Shown in pieces: positions 27,248 to 36,748 of a stretch of 64,000 nucleotides of DNA. Below the pieces are notes generated by a model. That model saw only the letters and a list, made by a program, of their open reading frames with translations, made no database searches and was not told where the DNA came from. The stretch is taken from positions 5,818 through 69,817 of the forward strand of contig JAHCKS010000015.1 of assembly GCA_026125665.1 (NCBI GenBank), given 5' to 3'. Position 1 is the first letter of the stretch. The number at the start of each line of letters is the position of its first letter. Both the position numbers and the translations under genes were made by a program. This stretch comes from Rubrivivax sp. (lineage in GTDB: Bacteria > Pseudomonadota > Gammaproteobacteria > Burkholderiales > Burkholderiaceae_C).

Positions 27248-28134
27248 ACGCGCGCGACCTCGACGCCTGGATGCGCGCCGAGTGGGCGGCCGTGGAGTCG
27301 GCGCTCGAGCGATGGGTGCCGGCCGACTGCCCGGCCGGCCTCGGCGAGGCCATGCGCTATGGCGTGCTCGATGGCGGCAAGCGCCTGCGTCCGCTGCTCG
27401 TGCTCTCGACGGCGCAGGCACTGAACGGCGAACGCGAGGCGGCGCTGCGCGCCGCGGTGGCGGTGGAGCTGATCCACGCCTACTCGCTGATCCACGACGA
27501 CATGCCCTGCATGGACAACGACGTGCTGCGGCGGGGCAAGCCCACCGTGCACGTGAAGTTCGGCGAAGCGCAGGCGATGCTCGCCGGCGACGCCATGCAG
27601 GCCCTGGCCTTCGAGGTGCTGACCCCGGAGGCCGGCGTGGCGCCGGCGCTGCAGGCGCGGCTGGTCGGCCTGCTGGCGCGGGCTGCCGGCCACGCCGGCA
27701 TGGCCGGCGGGCAGGCCATCGACCTGGCGAGCATCGGCCGGCCGCTGTCGGAAGGCGCGCTGCGCGACATGCATCGCCGCAAGACCGGCGCGTTGCTGCA
27801 GGCCAGCGTGCTGATGGGCGCGGCCTGCGGCCGCCCTTCGGCCGTGGCCTGGCAGGCGCTCGCCGACTACGGGGCCGCCGTCGGTCTTGCCTTCCAGGTG
27901 GTGGACGACATCCTCGACGTGACCCAGCCCTCCCAGACGCTCGGCAAGACCGCCGGCAAGGACTTGCAGGGCAACAAGCCGACCTACGTGTCGGTGCTCG
28001 GGCTCGACGCCGCCCGCAGCCACGCGCGTGATCTGTGCAGCGAAGCGCACCGCGCGCTCGGCCGCAGCGGCCTCGGCGCCGCCGCTTCCACGCTCGCCCT
28101 GCTGGCCGACCGCGTCGTCGAGCGCGAGAACTGA
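27244..28134 (+). CDS. ispA: Farnesyl diphosphate synthase / polyprenyl synthetase
   Basis: [42 protein letters not shown]. Confidence 0.92.
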   Translation: MNARDLDAWMRAEWAAVESALERWVPADCPAGLGEAMRYGVLDGGKRLRPLLVLSTAQALNGEREAALRAAVAVELIHAYSLIHDDMPCMDNDVLRRGKPTVHVKFGEAQAMLAGDAMQALAFEVLTPEAGVAPALQARLVGLLARAAGHAGMAGGQAIDLASIGRPLSEGALRDMHRRKTGALLQASVLMGAACGRPSAVAWQALADYGAAVGLAFQVVDDILDVTQPSQTLGKTAGKDLQGNKPTYVSVLGLDAARSHARDLCSEAHRALGRSGLGAAASTLALLADRVVEREN

Positions 28135-28148
28135 CCCTTTCCTTTCCC

Positions 28149-30083
28149 ATGAGCGCCTCCAGCAGCCTTCTTCGCACGATCGACAGCCCGGCCGACCTGC
28201 GCCGCCTCGGCCGCGGCCAGCTGCCGCAGGTCGCCGCCGAGCTGCGCCAGTTCGTGCTCGACACCGTCAGCCAGACCGGCGGCCACCTCGGCAGCAACCT
28301 CGGCACGGTGGAGCTGACGGTGGCGCTGCACTACGTGTTCGACACGCCGCGCGACCGCATCGTCTGGGACGTCGGCCACCAGACCTACCCGCACAAGGTG
28401 CTCACCGGCCGGCGCGACCGCATGCACACGCTGCGCCAGCTCGGCGGCATCGGCGGCTTCCCGCGCCGCGACGAGAGCGAGTACGACACCTTCGGCACCG
28501 CGCACAGCTCCACGTCGATCAGCGCGGCCCTCGGCATGGCGCTGGCGGCGCAGCTCAAGGGCGAGGATCGCCGCTGCGTCGCGGTCATCGGCGACGGCGC
28601 GATGAGCGCCGGCATGGCCTTCGAGGCACTGAACAACGCCGGCTTCGGCCACGACGGCCACTCGGTGGACATGCTCGTCATCCTCAACGACAACGACATG
28701 TCGATCAGCCCGCCGGTGGGGGCGCTGAACCGCTACCTGGCGCGGCTGATGAGCGGCCAGTTCTACGCCGCGGCGCGCGAGGGCGCCAAGGCGGTGCTGA
28801 AGCCGGTGCCGCCGCTCTTCGAGCTGGCCCGCCGCCTCGAGGAGCACGCCAAGGGCATGGTCGTTCCCGGCACCATCTTCGAGGAGTTCGGCTTCAACTA
28901 CGTCGGCCCGATCGACGGCCACGACCTCGACTCGCTCGTGCCGACGCTGGAGAACCTGCGCGCGAAGAAGGGGCCGCAGTTCCTGCACGTCGTCACCAAG
29001 AAGGGCTACGGCTACAAGCTGGCCGAGGCCGACCCGGTGAAGTACCACGCCGCCAGCGGCAAGTTCAACCCGGCCGAGGGCTTCCCGAAGGCCACCGGCC
29101 CGGCCAAGCTCACCTTCACGCAGGTGTTCGGGCAGTGGCTGTGCGACATGGCCGAGGCCGACCGACGGCTCGTCGGCATCACGCCGGCCATGCGCGAGGG
29201 CTCGGGCATGGTCGAGTTCCACAAGCGCTTCCCCGGCCGCTACTTCGACGTCGGCATCGCCGAGCAGCACGCCGTCACCTTCGCCGCCGGGCTGGCCTGC
29301 GAGGGGCTGAAGCCGGTGGTGGCGATCTACTCCACCTTCCTGCAGCGCGGCTACGACCAGCTGATCCACGACGTGGCGATCCAGAACCTGCCGGTCGTCT
29401 TCGCGCTCGACCGCGCCGGCATCGTCGGCGCCGACGGCGCCACGCACTGCGGCGCCTTCGACATCGCCTACGTGCGCTGCATCCCCCACTGCAGCATGCT
29501 CGTGCCGAGCGACGAGAACGAGTGCCGCATGGCGCTGTCCACCGCCTTCGCGCAGGACCACCCGGTGGCGGTGCGTTATCCACGCGGCAGCGGTTGCGGC
29601 GCCGAGGTGCAGGCGGGCCTCGACACGTGGCCCTGGGGCAAGGGGGTCGTGCGGCGCGAGAGCGCGCTGCGCCCCGAGCCGCGCGGGCCGCGGCTGGCCA
29701 TCCTTGCCTTCGGCACGTTGCTGCACCCGGCGCTGGCCGCCGCGGCGCGGCTCGACGCGACGGTGGCCGACATGCGCTTCGCCAAGCCGCTGGACGAGGC
29801 GCTGGTGCTCGAACTGGCGCGCACGCACGGCGCGCTGGTCACGGTGGAGGAGGGCTGCATCGGCGGGGGTGCCGGCTCGGCGGTGCTCGAGTGCCTGGCC
29901 GCCGCGGGCATGGAGGTGCCGGTGCTGCAGCTCGGCCTGCCCGACGAGTTCGTCGAGCACGGCGACCCGGGCAAGCTGCTGGCCCTGGCCGGGCTGGACG
30001 CCGCCGGCATCGAGCGCAGCATCCGGCAGCGCTTCGGCGTCCCCGAGTCGGCGCGGCCGGCGCTGGCCGCGGTGAACTCCTGA
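28149..30083 (+). CDS. dxs: 1-deoxy-D-xylulose-5-phosphate synthase
   Basis: [47 protein letters not shown]. Confidence 0.96.
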   Translation: MSASSSLLRTIDSPADLRRLGRGQLPQVAAELRQFVLDTVSQTGGHLGSNLGTVELTVALHYVFDTPRDRIVWDVGHQTYPHKVLTGRRDRMHTLRQLGGIGGFPRRDESEYDTFGTAHSSTSISAALGMALAAQLKGEDRRCVAVIGDGAMSAGMAFEALNNAGFGHDGHSVDMLVILNDNDMSISPPVGALNRYLARLMSGQFYAAAREGAKAVLKPVPPLFELARRLEEHAKGMVVPGTIFEEFGFNYVGPIDGHDLDSLVPTLENLRAKKGPQFLHVVTKKGYGYKLAEADPVKYHAASGKFNPAEGFPKATGPAKLTFTQVFGQWLCDMAEADRRLVGITPAMREGSGMVEFHKRFPGRYFDVGIAEQHAVTFAAGLACEGLKPVVAIYSTFLQRGYDQLIHDVAIQNLPVVFALDRAGIVGADGATHCGAFDIAYVRCIPHCSMLVPSDENECRMALSTAFAQDHPVAVRYPRGSGCGAEVQAGLDTWPWGKGVVRRESALRPEPRGPRLAILAFGTLLHPALAAAARLDATVADMRFAKPLDEALVLELARTHGALVTVEEGCIGGGAGSAVLECLAAAGMEVPVLQLGLPDEFVEHGDPGKLLALAGLDAAGIERSIRQRFGVPESARPALAAVNS

Positions 30084-30188
30084 ATCCGCCGCCAGCGGTA
30101 CGCGCTGCTTGCCGCTGGGGGCGGCGGCCACGCTGTAACCCCTGCGACGCCAACGCCAACGGATCGGTGCCATGCTCGCGTCCACAAG

Positions 30189-30989
30189 ATGAACAACCTC
30201 ACCGACGCCCTGCAGATCCCGGACACGCAAAGCGAGCGTGACCACCGCCGCCTCGCGATCCAGCGCGTCGGTGTGAAGGACCTGCGCTATCCGATCCAGC
30301 TGCTCGTGGCCGGCGCCGCCCAGACCTGCGCGGCCACCTGGGCGCTGGACGTCGCGCTGCCCGCCGAGAAGAAGGGCACCCACATGTCGCGTTTCGTCGC
30401 CTGGCTCGACGAGCTGCATGCCGGCGGCGTCGTGCTCGACACGGCGACGCTGCGCGAGCGCCACCTGGCGATGCTCGAGCGGCTCGAGGCCGACGAGGGC
30501 CGCATCGAGGCGGCGTTCTCGTTCTTCCTGCGCAAGCGCGCGCCGGTGTCGGGGCTGGCCAGCCTGCTCGACTACCGCGGCCGCTGCGTCGCCGAGACAC
30601 TCGGCGGGCACACCGTGCTGTGGGCCGAGGTCGGCGTGCCGGTGAAGAGCCTGTGCCCGTGCTCGAAGGAGATCTCCGACTACGGCGCGCACAACCAGCG
30701 GGCGATGGTGACGATCCGCGCCGAGCTGCTCGAGCCCGTGGAATGGCACGAGCTCGTGCGCTTCGCCGAGGACGAGGCCAGCAGCGAGATCTGGCCGATG
30801 CTCAAGCGCACCGACGAGAAGTGGGTCACCGAGCGCGCCTACGAGAACCCGAAGTTCGTCGAGGATCTCGTGCGCGATGTCGCCCTGCGCCTGGAGCGGG
30901 AGCCGCGTGTCGGGCGCTACGTGGTGGAAGTCGAGAACATCGAGTCCATTCACAATCATTCCGCCTACGCGCGCATCGAGCGCGCGTAG
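30189..30989 (+). CDS. folE2: GTP cyclohydrolase I, type FolE2
   Basis: IQRVGV, KGTHMSRF, SLCPCSK, GAHNQR, ENPKFVED, ESIHNH. Confidence 0.93.
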   Translation: MNNLTDALQIPDTQSERDHRRLAIQRVGVKDLRYPIQLLVAGAAQTCAATWALDVALPAEKKGTHMSRFVAWLDELHAGGVVLDTATLRERHLAMLERLEADEGRIEAAFSFFLRKRAPVSGLASLLDYRGRCVAETLGGHTVLWAEVGVPVKSLCPCSKEISDYGAHNQRAMVTIRAELLEPVEWHELVRFAEDEASSEIWPMLKRTDEKWVTERAYENPKFVEDLVRDVALRLEREPRVGRYVVEVENIESIHNHSAYARIERA

Positions 30990-31036
30990 GCCCCGCCGCC
31001 TTGCGGCGGGCGCGCCGCAGGCGCGGGAATGATTTC

Positions 31037-31071
31037 GGCAACGGCGATGTCCCCCGGACATCGCCGTTGTC
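31037..31071. repeat. Perfect 14-bp inverted repeat between folE2 and flhD
   Basis: CAACGGCGATGTCC-ccc-GGACATCGCCGTTG, no U-tract. Confidence 0.75.
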
Positions 31072-31290
31072 ACGACGGACACGCCCGGCGCCCTGCCAAC
31101 TCTGCCCGCTTCCGCGCTCGCCGGCGTGACCCGCGTCACGCGCCGGGCCCGGTGTAGGAATTTGCCTTACACGGCTGTTCGAAGAACGTGGACTCCAGCG
31201 ACCGATGTGAACCCATGTTGCGGCCCAGATCCGATCGATACAGTGCGTTCCATCGATTGACGACCCCACACCGCACGGAGCCCACACGCA

Positions 31291-31614
31291 ATGACCCCCG
31301 ATCAGATCCTCGCCGAGATCCGCGAAGCCAACCTGTCGTACCTCATGCTGGCGCAAAGCCTCGTGCGCCACGACCGCGAGCAGGCGCTGTTCCGCCTCGG
31401 CATCAACGAGGAGACGGCGACCGTGCTTTCCACGCTGACGCCGGCGCAGATGATGAAGGTGGCCACCGGCAACCAGCTGCTGTGCCGCTTCCGCATGGAC
31501 GACGACGTCGTGTGGAACCTGCTCACCAACCACGGCAAGGGCGCGGCCAACGACGGCATGAGCCGCCTGCACGCCTCCATCCTGATGGCCGGCCGCCACC
31601 GCGAAGCAGCCTGA
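31291..31614 (+). CDS. flhD: Flagellar master regulator FlhD
   Basis: EIREANLSYLMLAQ...ALFRLGI...LLCRFR...HASILM. Confidence 0.93.
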   Translation: MTPDQILAEIREANLSYLMLAQSLVRHDREQALFRLGINEETATVLSTLTPAQMMKVATGNQLLCRFRMDDDVVWNLLTNHGKGAANDGMSRLHASILMAGRHREAA

Positions 31615-31650
31615 CCCCGCGCCCTCCTTCCCCGCTGCCGAGCGAAATCC

Positions 31651-32229
31651 ATGCCCCGCACCAAGAGCATCCTCACCGAAGCCAGGCAGATCGAACGTGC
31701 CGTCACGCTGATCAAGCTCGGCGCGCGCCTGCAGGTGCTGGAGAGCGAGACCGACCTCAGCTACGAGCGCCTGCTGCGCCTGTACAAGGAAGTCGCCGGC
31801 AAGAGCCCGAGCAAGGGCCAGCTGCCGTTCTCCACCGACTGGTTCATGACCTGGCAGCCGAACATCCACGCCAGCCTGTTCCTGAACATCCACGAGTACC
31901 TGAACAAGGTCGCGGCGCTCGACGAGATCGACACCGTCATCAAGGCCTACCAGCTCTACACCGAGCAGATCGGTGCGCAGGGGCTGGAGCCGCAGCTGTC
32001 GGTCACGCGCGCCTGGCGCCTCGTCAAGTTCGTCGACAACGGCATGCTGACGATGACCTCCTGCAGCAAGTGCGGCGGCCACTTCGTCACCCATCCGCAC
32101 GAGATCGCGCGCCACTACGTCTGCGGCCTGTGCAACCCGCCGGCGCGCGCCGGCAAGGGCAAGCTCGCCGGCGTGCTCTCCGAAGCCCACCGCGCGTTCG
32201 AGGCCGGCGTGAGCACTGCTGCACATTAA
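31651..32229 (+). CDS. flhC: Flagellar master regulator FlhC
   Basis: LGARLQVLE, KGQLPFSTDWF..WQPNIHAS, zinc ligands CSKC...CGLC. Confidence 0.95.
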   Translation: MPRTKSILTEARQIERAVTLIKLGARLQVLESETDLSYERLLRLYKEVAGKSPSKGQLPFSTDWFMTWQPNIHASLFLNIHEYLNKVAALDEIDTVIKAYQLYTEQIGAQGLEPQLSVTRAWRLVKFVDNGMLTMTSCSKCGGHFVTHPHEIARHYVCGLCNPPARAGKGKLAGVLSEAHRAFEAGVSTAAH

Positions 32230-32351
32230 AGCGGCAGCACGCCTCAAGCATTCGCGCGCATCATCCGATCAAGCAACCGGCAACGGTTCATCCACGAGTT
32301 TCGTTCGGTTCATTGCTCGTCTCCTCCTGGCACAGTCCCCTGTGCTTTCAC

Positions 32352-32380
32352 GCGGGTCCCTCGGGACCCGCTTTTTTCTT
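32352..32380 (+). terminator. Intrinsic terminator after flhDC
   Basis: GCGGGTCC-CTCG-GGACCCGC followed by TTTTTTCTT. Confidence 0.85.
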
Positions 32381-32526
32381 GGCAGAGGCCGGCAGGCGCA
32401 AGGCCGGAACAGGCACCGTGACCCGGCTCTGATCGCGGCGCCCCCTGCAGGCGGTGGCGGCCACACTGCGTTCGACGCAGTTGCCGCGCGGCGGCCCGTG
32501 TCCGGCGCGCCCCGCCTCCCGGAACC

Positions 32527-33327
32527 ATGAACGCCCACGTTGTCCGAGCCATGCCGTGGCCGGCGCCAGCCATCGCGGCGTGGGCCGCCGGGTGGGCCGT
32601 GGCCGCGGGCCTGCGACAGGCGGGCTTGCCGGCGGCGTGGCCCTTGCTCCTCGGCGCGGTCGTTGCCACGGCCGTCGCGGCGGGCAACGTCGGCTGGCGC
32701 CGGCGCGCGATTGCCGCAGCCGGCTTTCCGCTCTCGGCCGCGCTGATGCTGCCGGGGACCGGGCTGCCGCCGCTGCTGTGGCCCGCGCTGCTCGTCCCGC
32801 TCGTCGCCCTGTATCCGTTGCGCGCCTGGCGCGACGCGCCGTTCTTCCCGACCCCGGCGGCCGCGTTGCAGGGGCTGGAGCGGGTGGTGCTGCCGGGCCC
32901 GCGGCGCGCGCTCGACGCCGGCTGCGGTCTCGGGCACGGGCTGGCTGCCCTGCAGCGCCTGTGGCCCGCGGCCGAACTGCACGGCGCGGAGCGCAGCGCC
33001 CCGCTGGCGTGGCTCGCCGCACGGCGGCTGCGCGCCGCGCGCGTTCGCCGCGCGGACATGTGGGCGCTCTCCTGGGCCGGCTTCGACCTCGTCTACCTGT
33101 TCCAGCGGCCGGAGAGCATGGCACGCGCCTGGGCCAAGGCCGTCCGGGAGATGGAGGAGGGCAGCTGGCTCGTCAGCCTCGAGTTCCCTGTGCCCGACGT
33201 GCCACCGACGGCGCAACTGCACGCGGGCACCGGCCGCGCGGTCTTCGTCTACCGCATCCGGCGCGCGCGTGGCGGCACGGAACCCCACCGTTCTTCTCGC
33301 TCAACCGCCGCCCCCGCGGGCCGATAA
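32527..33327 (+). CDS. Membrane-anchored class I SAM-dependent methyltransferase
   Basis: Hydrophobic N-terminus, APFFPT, motif I LDAGCGLG, DLVYLFQRPESM, LVSLEF. Confidence 0.75.
   Translation: MNAHVVRAMPWPAPAIAAWAAGWAVAAGLRQAGLPAAWPLLLGAVVATAVAAGNVGWRRRAIAAAGFPLSAALMLPGTGLPPLLWPALLVPLVALYPLRAWRDAPFFPTPAAALQGLERVVLPGPRRALDAGCGLGHGLAALQRLWPAAELHGAERSAPLAWLAARRLRAARVRRADMWALSWAGFDLVYLFQRPESMARAWAKAVREMEEGSWLVSLEFPVPDVPPTAQLHAGTGRAVFVYRIRRARGGTEPHRSSRSTAAPAGR
33301..33327 (+). promoter_or_regulatory. Sigma-28 (FliA) promoter for motAB
   Basis: TCAA-N15-GCCGATAA. The TAA is also the methyltransferase stop codon. Confidence 0.8.
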
Positions 33328-33408
33328 CCCCTGCATCTTCCGTACCCGGCAGCGCCAGCCGCGCCGCCGGGCCCTGTTCGCGCCGAGGCGCGAAAGCGAA
33401 AACGCATC

Positions 33409-34269
33409 ATGTTCGTCATCGTCGGCTGGGCCGTGGCCCTGGGTTGCATCTTCGGGGTGTTCATCGTCCATGGCGGCAACATCGGCGTCATCCTGAAGGC
33501 GTTGCCGTTCGAGATGGTCACCATCTGCGGCGCCGCCCTGGGCGCCTTCGTCGCCAACAACCAGCCCAAGGTGCTGAAGGCGGCCGCCGCGGGCCTGGGC
33601 AAGTGCTTCAAGGGCAGCAAGTACACCAAGGCGCGCTACATGGAGCTGCTGGCGCTGCTGTTCGACATCCTGCAGAAGGCGCGCAAGGAAGGCCTGATGT
33701 CGATCGAGAAGGACGTCGAGGAACCGCAGAACTCGCCGCTGTTCAAGAAGTACTCCACCGTCGGCAGCGACCACCACGTGACCGAGTTCGTCACCGACTA
33801 CCTGCGCATGATGGTCTCGGGCAACCTCAACGCGCACGAGATCGAGTCGCTGATGGACAGCGAGATCGACACCCACCACCACGAGGAACACGCCGCGGTG
33901 CAGGCGTTCCAGCGCTTGGCCGGTGCGCTGCCCGCCTTCGGCATCGTCGCCGCGGTGCTCGGCGTGGTCAACACGATGGGCTCGGTCGGCCAGCCGCCGG
34001 CGGTGCTGGGCGCGATGATCGGCTCGGCCCTCGTCGGCACGTTCCTCGGCATCCTGCTCGCCTACGCGTTCGCCGAGCCGCTGGCGGGCCTGCTCGAGCA
34101 GAAGGTCGACGAGGCGACCAAGGAACTGCAGTGCATCAAGACCACGCTGCTGGCGAGCATGCAGGGCTACGCGCCGCAGGTGGCCATCGAGTTCGGCCGC
34201 AAGGTGCTCTACTCGACCGAGCGCCCCAGCTTCACCGAGCTCGAGGGCCACGTGAAGGGCAAGAAGTGA
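33409..34269 (+). CDS. motA: Flagellar stator MotA
   Basis: ARKEGLMSIE, ALPAFGIVAAVLGVV, ALVGTFLGIL, AIEFGRK. Confidence 0.95.
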   Translation: MFVIVGWAVALGCIFGVFIVHGGNIGVILKALPFEMVTICGAALGAFVANNQPKVLKAAAAGLGKCFKGSKYTKARYMELLALLFDILQKARKEGLMSIEKDVEEPQNSPLFKKYSTVGSDHHVTEFVTDYLRMMVSGNLNAHEIESLMDSEIDTHHHEEHAAVQAFQRLAGALPAFGIVAAVLGVVNTMGSVGQPPAVLGAMIGSALVGTFLGILLAYAFAEPLAGLLEQKVDEATKELQCIKTTLLASMQGYAPQVAIEFGRKVLYSTERPSFTELEGHVKGKK

Positions 34270-34270
34270 C

Positions 34271-34356
34271 GCCCCCCCCGAAGCGCCTTCGGCGCCTCCC
34301 CCCAGGGGGCACCGCCAGCGGCCCGGCAAGGCCGGTGCCGCGGCGGTCACCTGGCT
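34271..34356. repeat. Multi-hairpin intergenic element between motA and motB (REP-like)
   Basis: Short stems CCGAAG-cgc-CTTCGG and CCGG-caagg-CCGG, plus a C6-A-G5 run, directly after the motA stop. Confidence 0.5.
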
Positions 34357-34403
34357 TGCTTGCTGCCCTTCGTGCCGTGGCAGCTTCGTTGCAGGTTTGA
34401 ATC

Positions 34404-35372
34404 ATGGCCGGCGACGCCAAGAAGCTGCAGCCCATCATCGTCAAGCGCGTCAAGAAGGGGGGCCACGGCCACCATGGCGGCGCATGGAAGATCGCCTACG
34501 CCGACTTCGTGACGGCGATGATGGCCTTCTTCCTGCTGATGTGGCTGCTGGGCAGCACCACCGAGGGCGACAAGAAGGGCATCGCCGACTACTTCGCCTC
34601 GCCGCTGAAGGTGTCGATGCTCGGCGGCTCGGGCTCGGGCGACTCCTCGCACGTCATCCGCGGCGGCGGCCAGGACCTCACGCGCAGCACCGGCCAGGTC
34701 AAGGCCGGCGAGATCGACGCCAAGCGCAGCACCATCAACCTGCGCGTGCTGAAGGCCGAGCAGCAGCGCGCCGAGATCGCACGCCTGCAGGAGCTGAAGC
34801 GTCGCGTCGAGCAGCGCCTGGCAGGCAACGAGCGGCTGGCCATGATGCGCTCGCAGATCCTGCTGGACATGACGGCCGAAGGGCTGCGCATCCAGATCGT
34901 CGACGAGGAAGGCCGGCCGATGTTCGCCAGCGGCAGCCCCGAGGTGCAGCCGTACATGCGCGAGCTGCTGCGCGAGCTGGGCGGCGTGCTCGGCGACGTG
35001 CCCAACCGCCTGACGCTGGAAGGGCACACCGACGCGATGCCGTTTCCCGGCGGGCAGCGCGGCTACAGCAACTGGGAGCTCTCGGCCGACCGCGCCAACG
35101 CCACGCGCCGCGAGCTGCTGGCCGGCGGCCTGCCGGAAGACCACGTGCTGCGCGTGCTGGGCCTCGCGGCCAGCGTGCCCTTCATGCCCGCCGAGCCGCG
35201 CGCCCCGGCCAATCGCCGCATGAGCCTGATCGTCATGAACCGCGAAGCCGAGGAGCGTGCGCTGCGCGGCGGAGCGCTGCCGCCGCCCGAGCCTCACGCC
35301 GAACCCGCCGCCACGCAGGTCGAGTCACCTTCCACACCCCCTGGTTCAAGTCCCCCGGGGCCCGACCGATAA
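34404..35372 (+). CDS. motB: Flagellar stator MotB
   Basis: [21 protein letters not shown], OmpA-like EGHTD...NWELSADRA...NRR. Confidence 0.95.
   Translation: MAGDAKKLQPIIVKRVKKGGHGHHGGAWKIAYADFVTAMMAFFLLMWLLGSTTEGDKKGIADYFASPLKVSMLGGSGSGDSSHVIRGGGQDLTRSTGQVKAGEIDAKRSTINLRVLKAEQQRAEIARLQELKRRVEQRLAGNERLAMMRSQILLDMTAEGLRIQIVDEEGRPMFASGSPEVQPYMRELLRELGGVLGDVPNRLTLEGHTDAMPFPGGQRGYSNWELSADRANATRRELLAGGLPEDHVLRVLGLAASVPFMPAEPRAPANRRMSLIVMNREAEERALRGGALPPPEPHAEPAATQVESPSTPPGSSPPGPDR
35346..35372 (+). promoter_or_regulatory. Sigma-28 promoter for cheY-cheZ inside the motB 3' end
   Basis: TCAA-N15-ACCGATAA. The TAA is the motB stop codon. Confidence 0.7.
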
Positions 35373-35433
35373 GTCGCATCAAGTCCACGCCGTCTGCGTC
35401 GCGAGCGCCGCCTGTTCCAGGAGCTTCCCAACC

Positions 35434-35832
35434 ATGAGCAACACCACCGACCTCAAATTCCTCATCGTCGACGACTTCTCGACCATGCGGCGCATCGTGC
35501 GCGGCCTGCTGAAGGAGATGGGCTGCAACAACGCCGACGAGGCCGAGGACGGCGTCGTGGCGCTGAACATGCTGAAGAACGCGAAGTACGACTTCATCGT
35601 CTCGGACATCAACATGCCGAACATGAACGGCTTCGACCTGCTGAAGGCGATCAAGGCCGACGACGCGCTGAAGCACCTGCCCGTGCTGATGGTCACGGCC
35701 GAGGCGCGCAAGGAAGACATCGTGCTCGCCGCGCAGAGCGGCGCCGCCGGCTACATCGTCAAGCCCTTCACCAAGGCCACGCTGGAGGAGAAGGTGCAGA
35801 AGATCATGCAGAAGCTGGCGACGCCCGCCTGA
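35434..35832 (+). CDS. cheY: Chemotaxis response regulator CheY
   Basis: [35 protein letters not shown]. Confidence 0.95.
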   Translation: MSNTTDLKFLIVDDFSTMRRIVRGLLKEMGCNNADEAEDGVVALNMLKNAKYDFIVSDINMPNMNGFDLLKAIKADDALKHLPVLMVTAEARKEDIVLAAQSGAAGYIVKPFTKATLEEKVQKIMQKLATPA

Positions 35833-35882
35833 GCCATGGCGCGCCCGGCAGTCCCCACCGCATCCCGCGAAGAAAGAACAAC

Positions 35883-36524
35883 ATGAAGATGGATGACGCC
35901 CAGACACTGGCACCGGCCGCCGCCGCCCCCGCGCCGGTGGTTTTCGCCGACGTGTTCCAGCAGATCGGCAACCTCACTCGCCTGCTGCACGACACGCTCG
36001 AGCAGCTGGGCGTGATGCCCAAGCTGCAGGTGGCCACCGAAGGCCTGCCCGACGCCCGCAGCCGCCTGTCCTACATCGCCGGCAAGACGGCCGATGCGGC
36101 GAACAAGGTGCTGAACTCGGTCGACCAGGCCAAGGCCGACCACGCGCACATCTCGAGCGCGACGCGCGAGATCGCGCAGCGCATCGTCGCCGACCCGGTG
36201 AAGGCCGTGGCATCCGGCGCGATCATGAACTTCGTCGAGGACGTCGAGCGCCGCACGAGCTCGATCGACGCGCACCTCACCGACATCATGCTGGCGCAGG
36301 ACTTCCACGACCTCACGGGCCAGGTGGTCACGAAGGTCATCACGCTCGCCACCGAGCTCGAGGACAGCCTCGTGAAGCTGCTCGTTTCGGTGCTGCCCGA
36401 GGACCAGCGCGTGAAGGTCGACCCCGGCATCCTCAACGGCCCGGTCGTCAACCCCGAGGGCCGCACCGACGTCGTCAGCAACCAGGGCGAGGTCGACGAC
36501 CTGCTGGCCAGCCTCGGGTTCTGA
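35883..36524 (+). CDS. cheZ: Chemotaxis phosphatase CheZ
   Basis: LPDARSRL, AQDFHDLTGQV, QGEVDDLLASLGF. Confidence 0.93.
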   Translation: MKMDDAQTLAPAAAAPAPVVFADVFQQIGNLTRLLHDTLEQLGVMPKLQVATEGLPDARSRLSYIAGKTADAANKVLNSVDQAKADHAHISSATREIAQRIVADPVKAVASGAIMNFVEDVERRTSSIDAHLTDIMLAQDFHDLTGQVVTKVITLATELEDSLVKLLVSVLPEDQRVKVDPGILNGPVVNPEGRTDVVSNQGEVDDLLASLGF

Positions 36525-36582
36525 CCGCGCGACCCGCCGCCTCGGAAAGCCGCCTGTAACGCGGCGTTCCGCCGCCTGCCGA

Positions 36583-36663
36583 CTCGCCGAACCGCCGCGT
36601 GATCACGCGGCGTTTTGGCATCTGGCGCCTCGCCGAACCGCCGCGTGATCACGCGGCGTTTTG
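36583..36663. repeat. Two identical 35-bp direct repeats, each containing a 20-bp perfect palindrome, upstream of flhB
   Basis: CTCGCCGAACCGCCGCGTGATCACGCGGCGTTTTG at 36583-617 and 36629-663. Confidence 0.9.
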
Positions 36664-36748
36664 TCCTTCTTATCGGCCTCAAGCCCGTGCGGCCGGCCGG
36701 CACCATGCATGCACCCGCCGATCCCCGGCCGGGTGACCCGTTCCTGCC

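Noticed and set aside
31188-32432. 414-aa ORF spanning flhDC
   Set aside because: Alternative frame over two well-conserved genes, and it crosses a clear terminator.
36583-36663. Possible mini-CRISPR (35-bp palindromic repeats)
   Set aside because: Only two copies, an 11-nt spacer, and no cas genes or leader.
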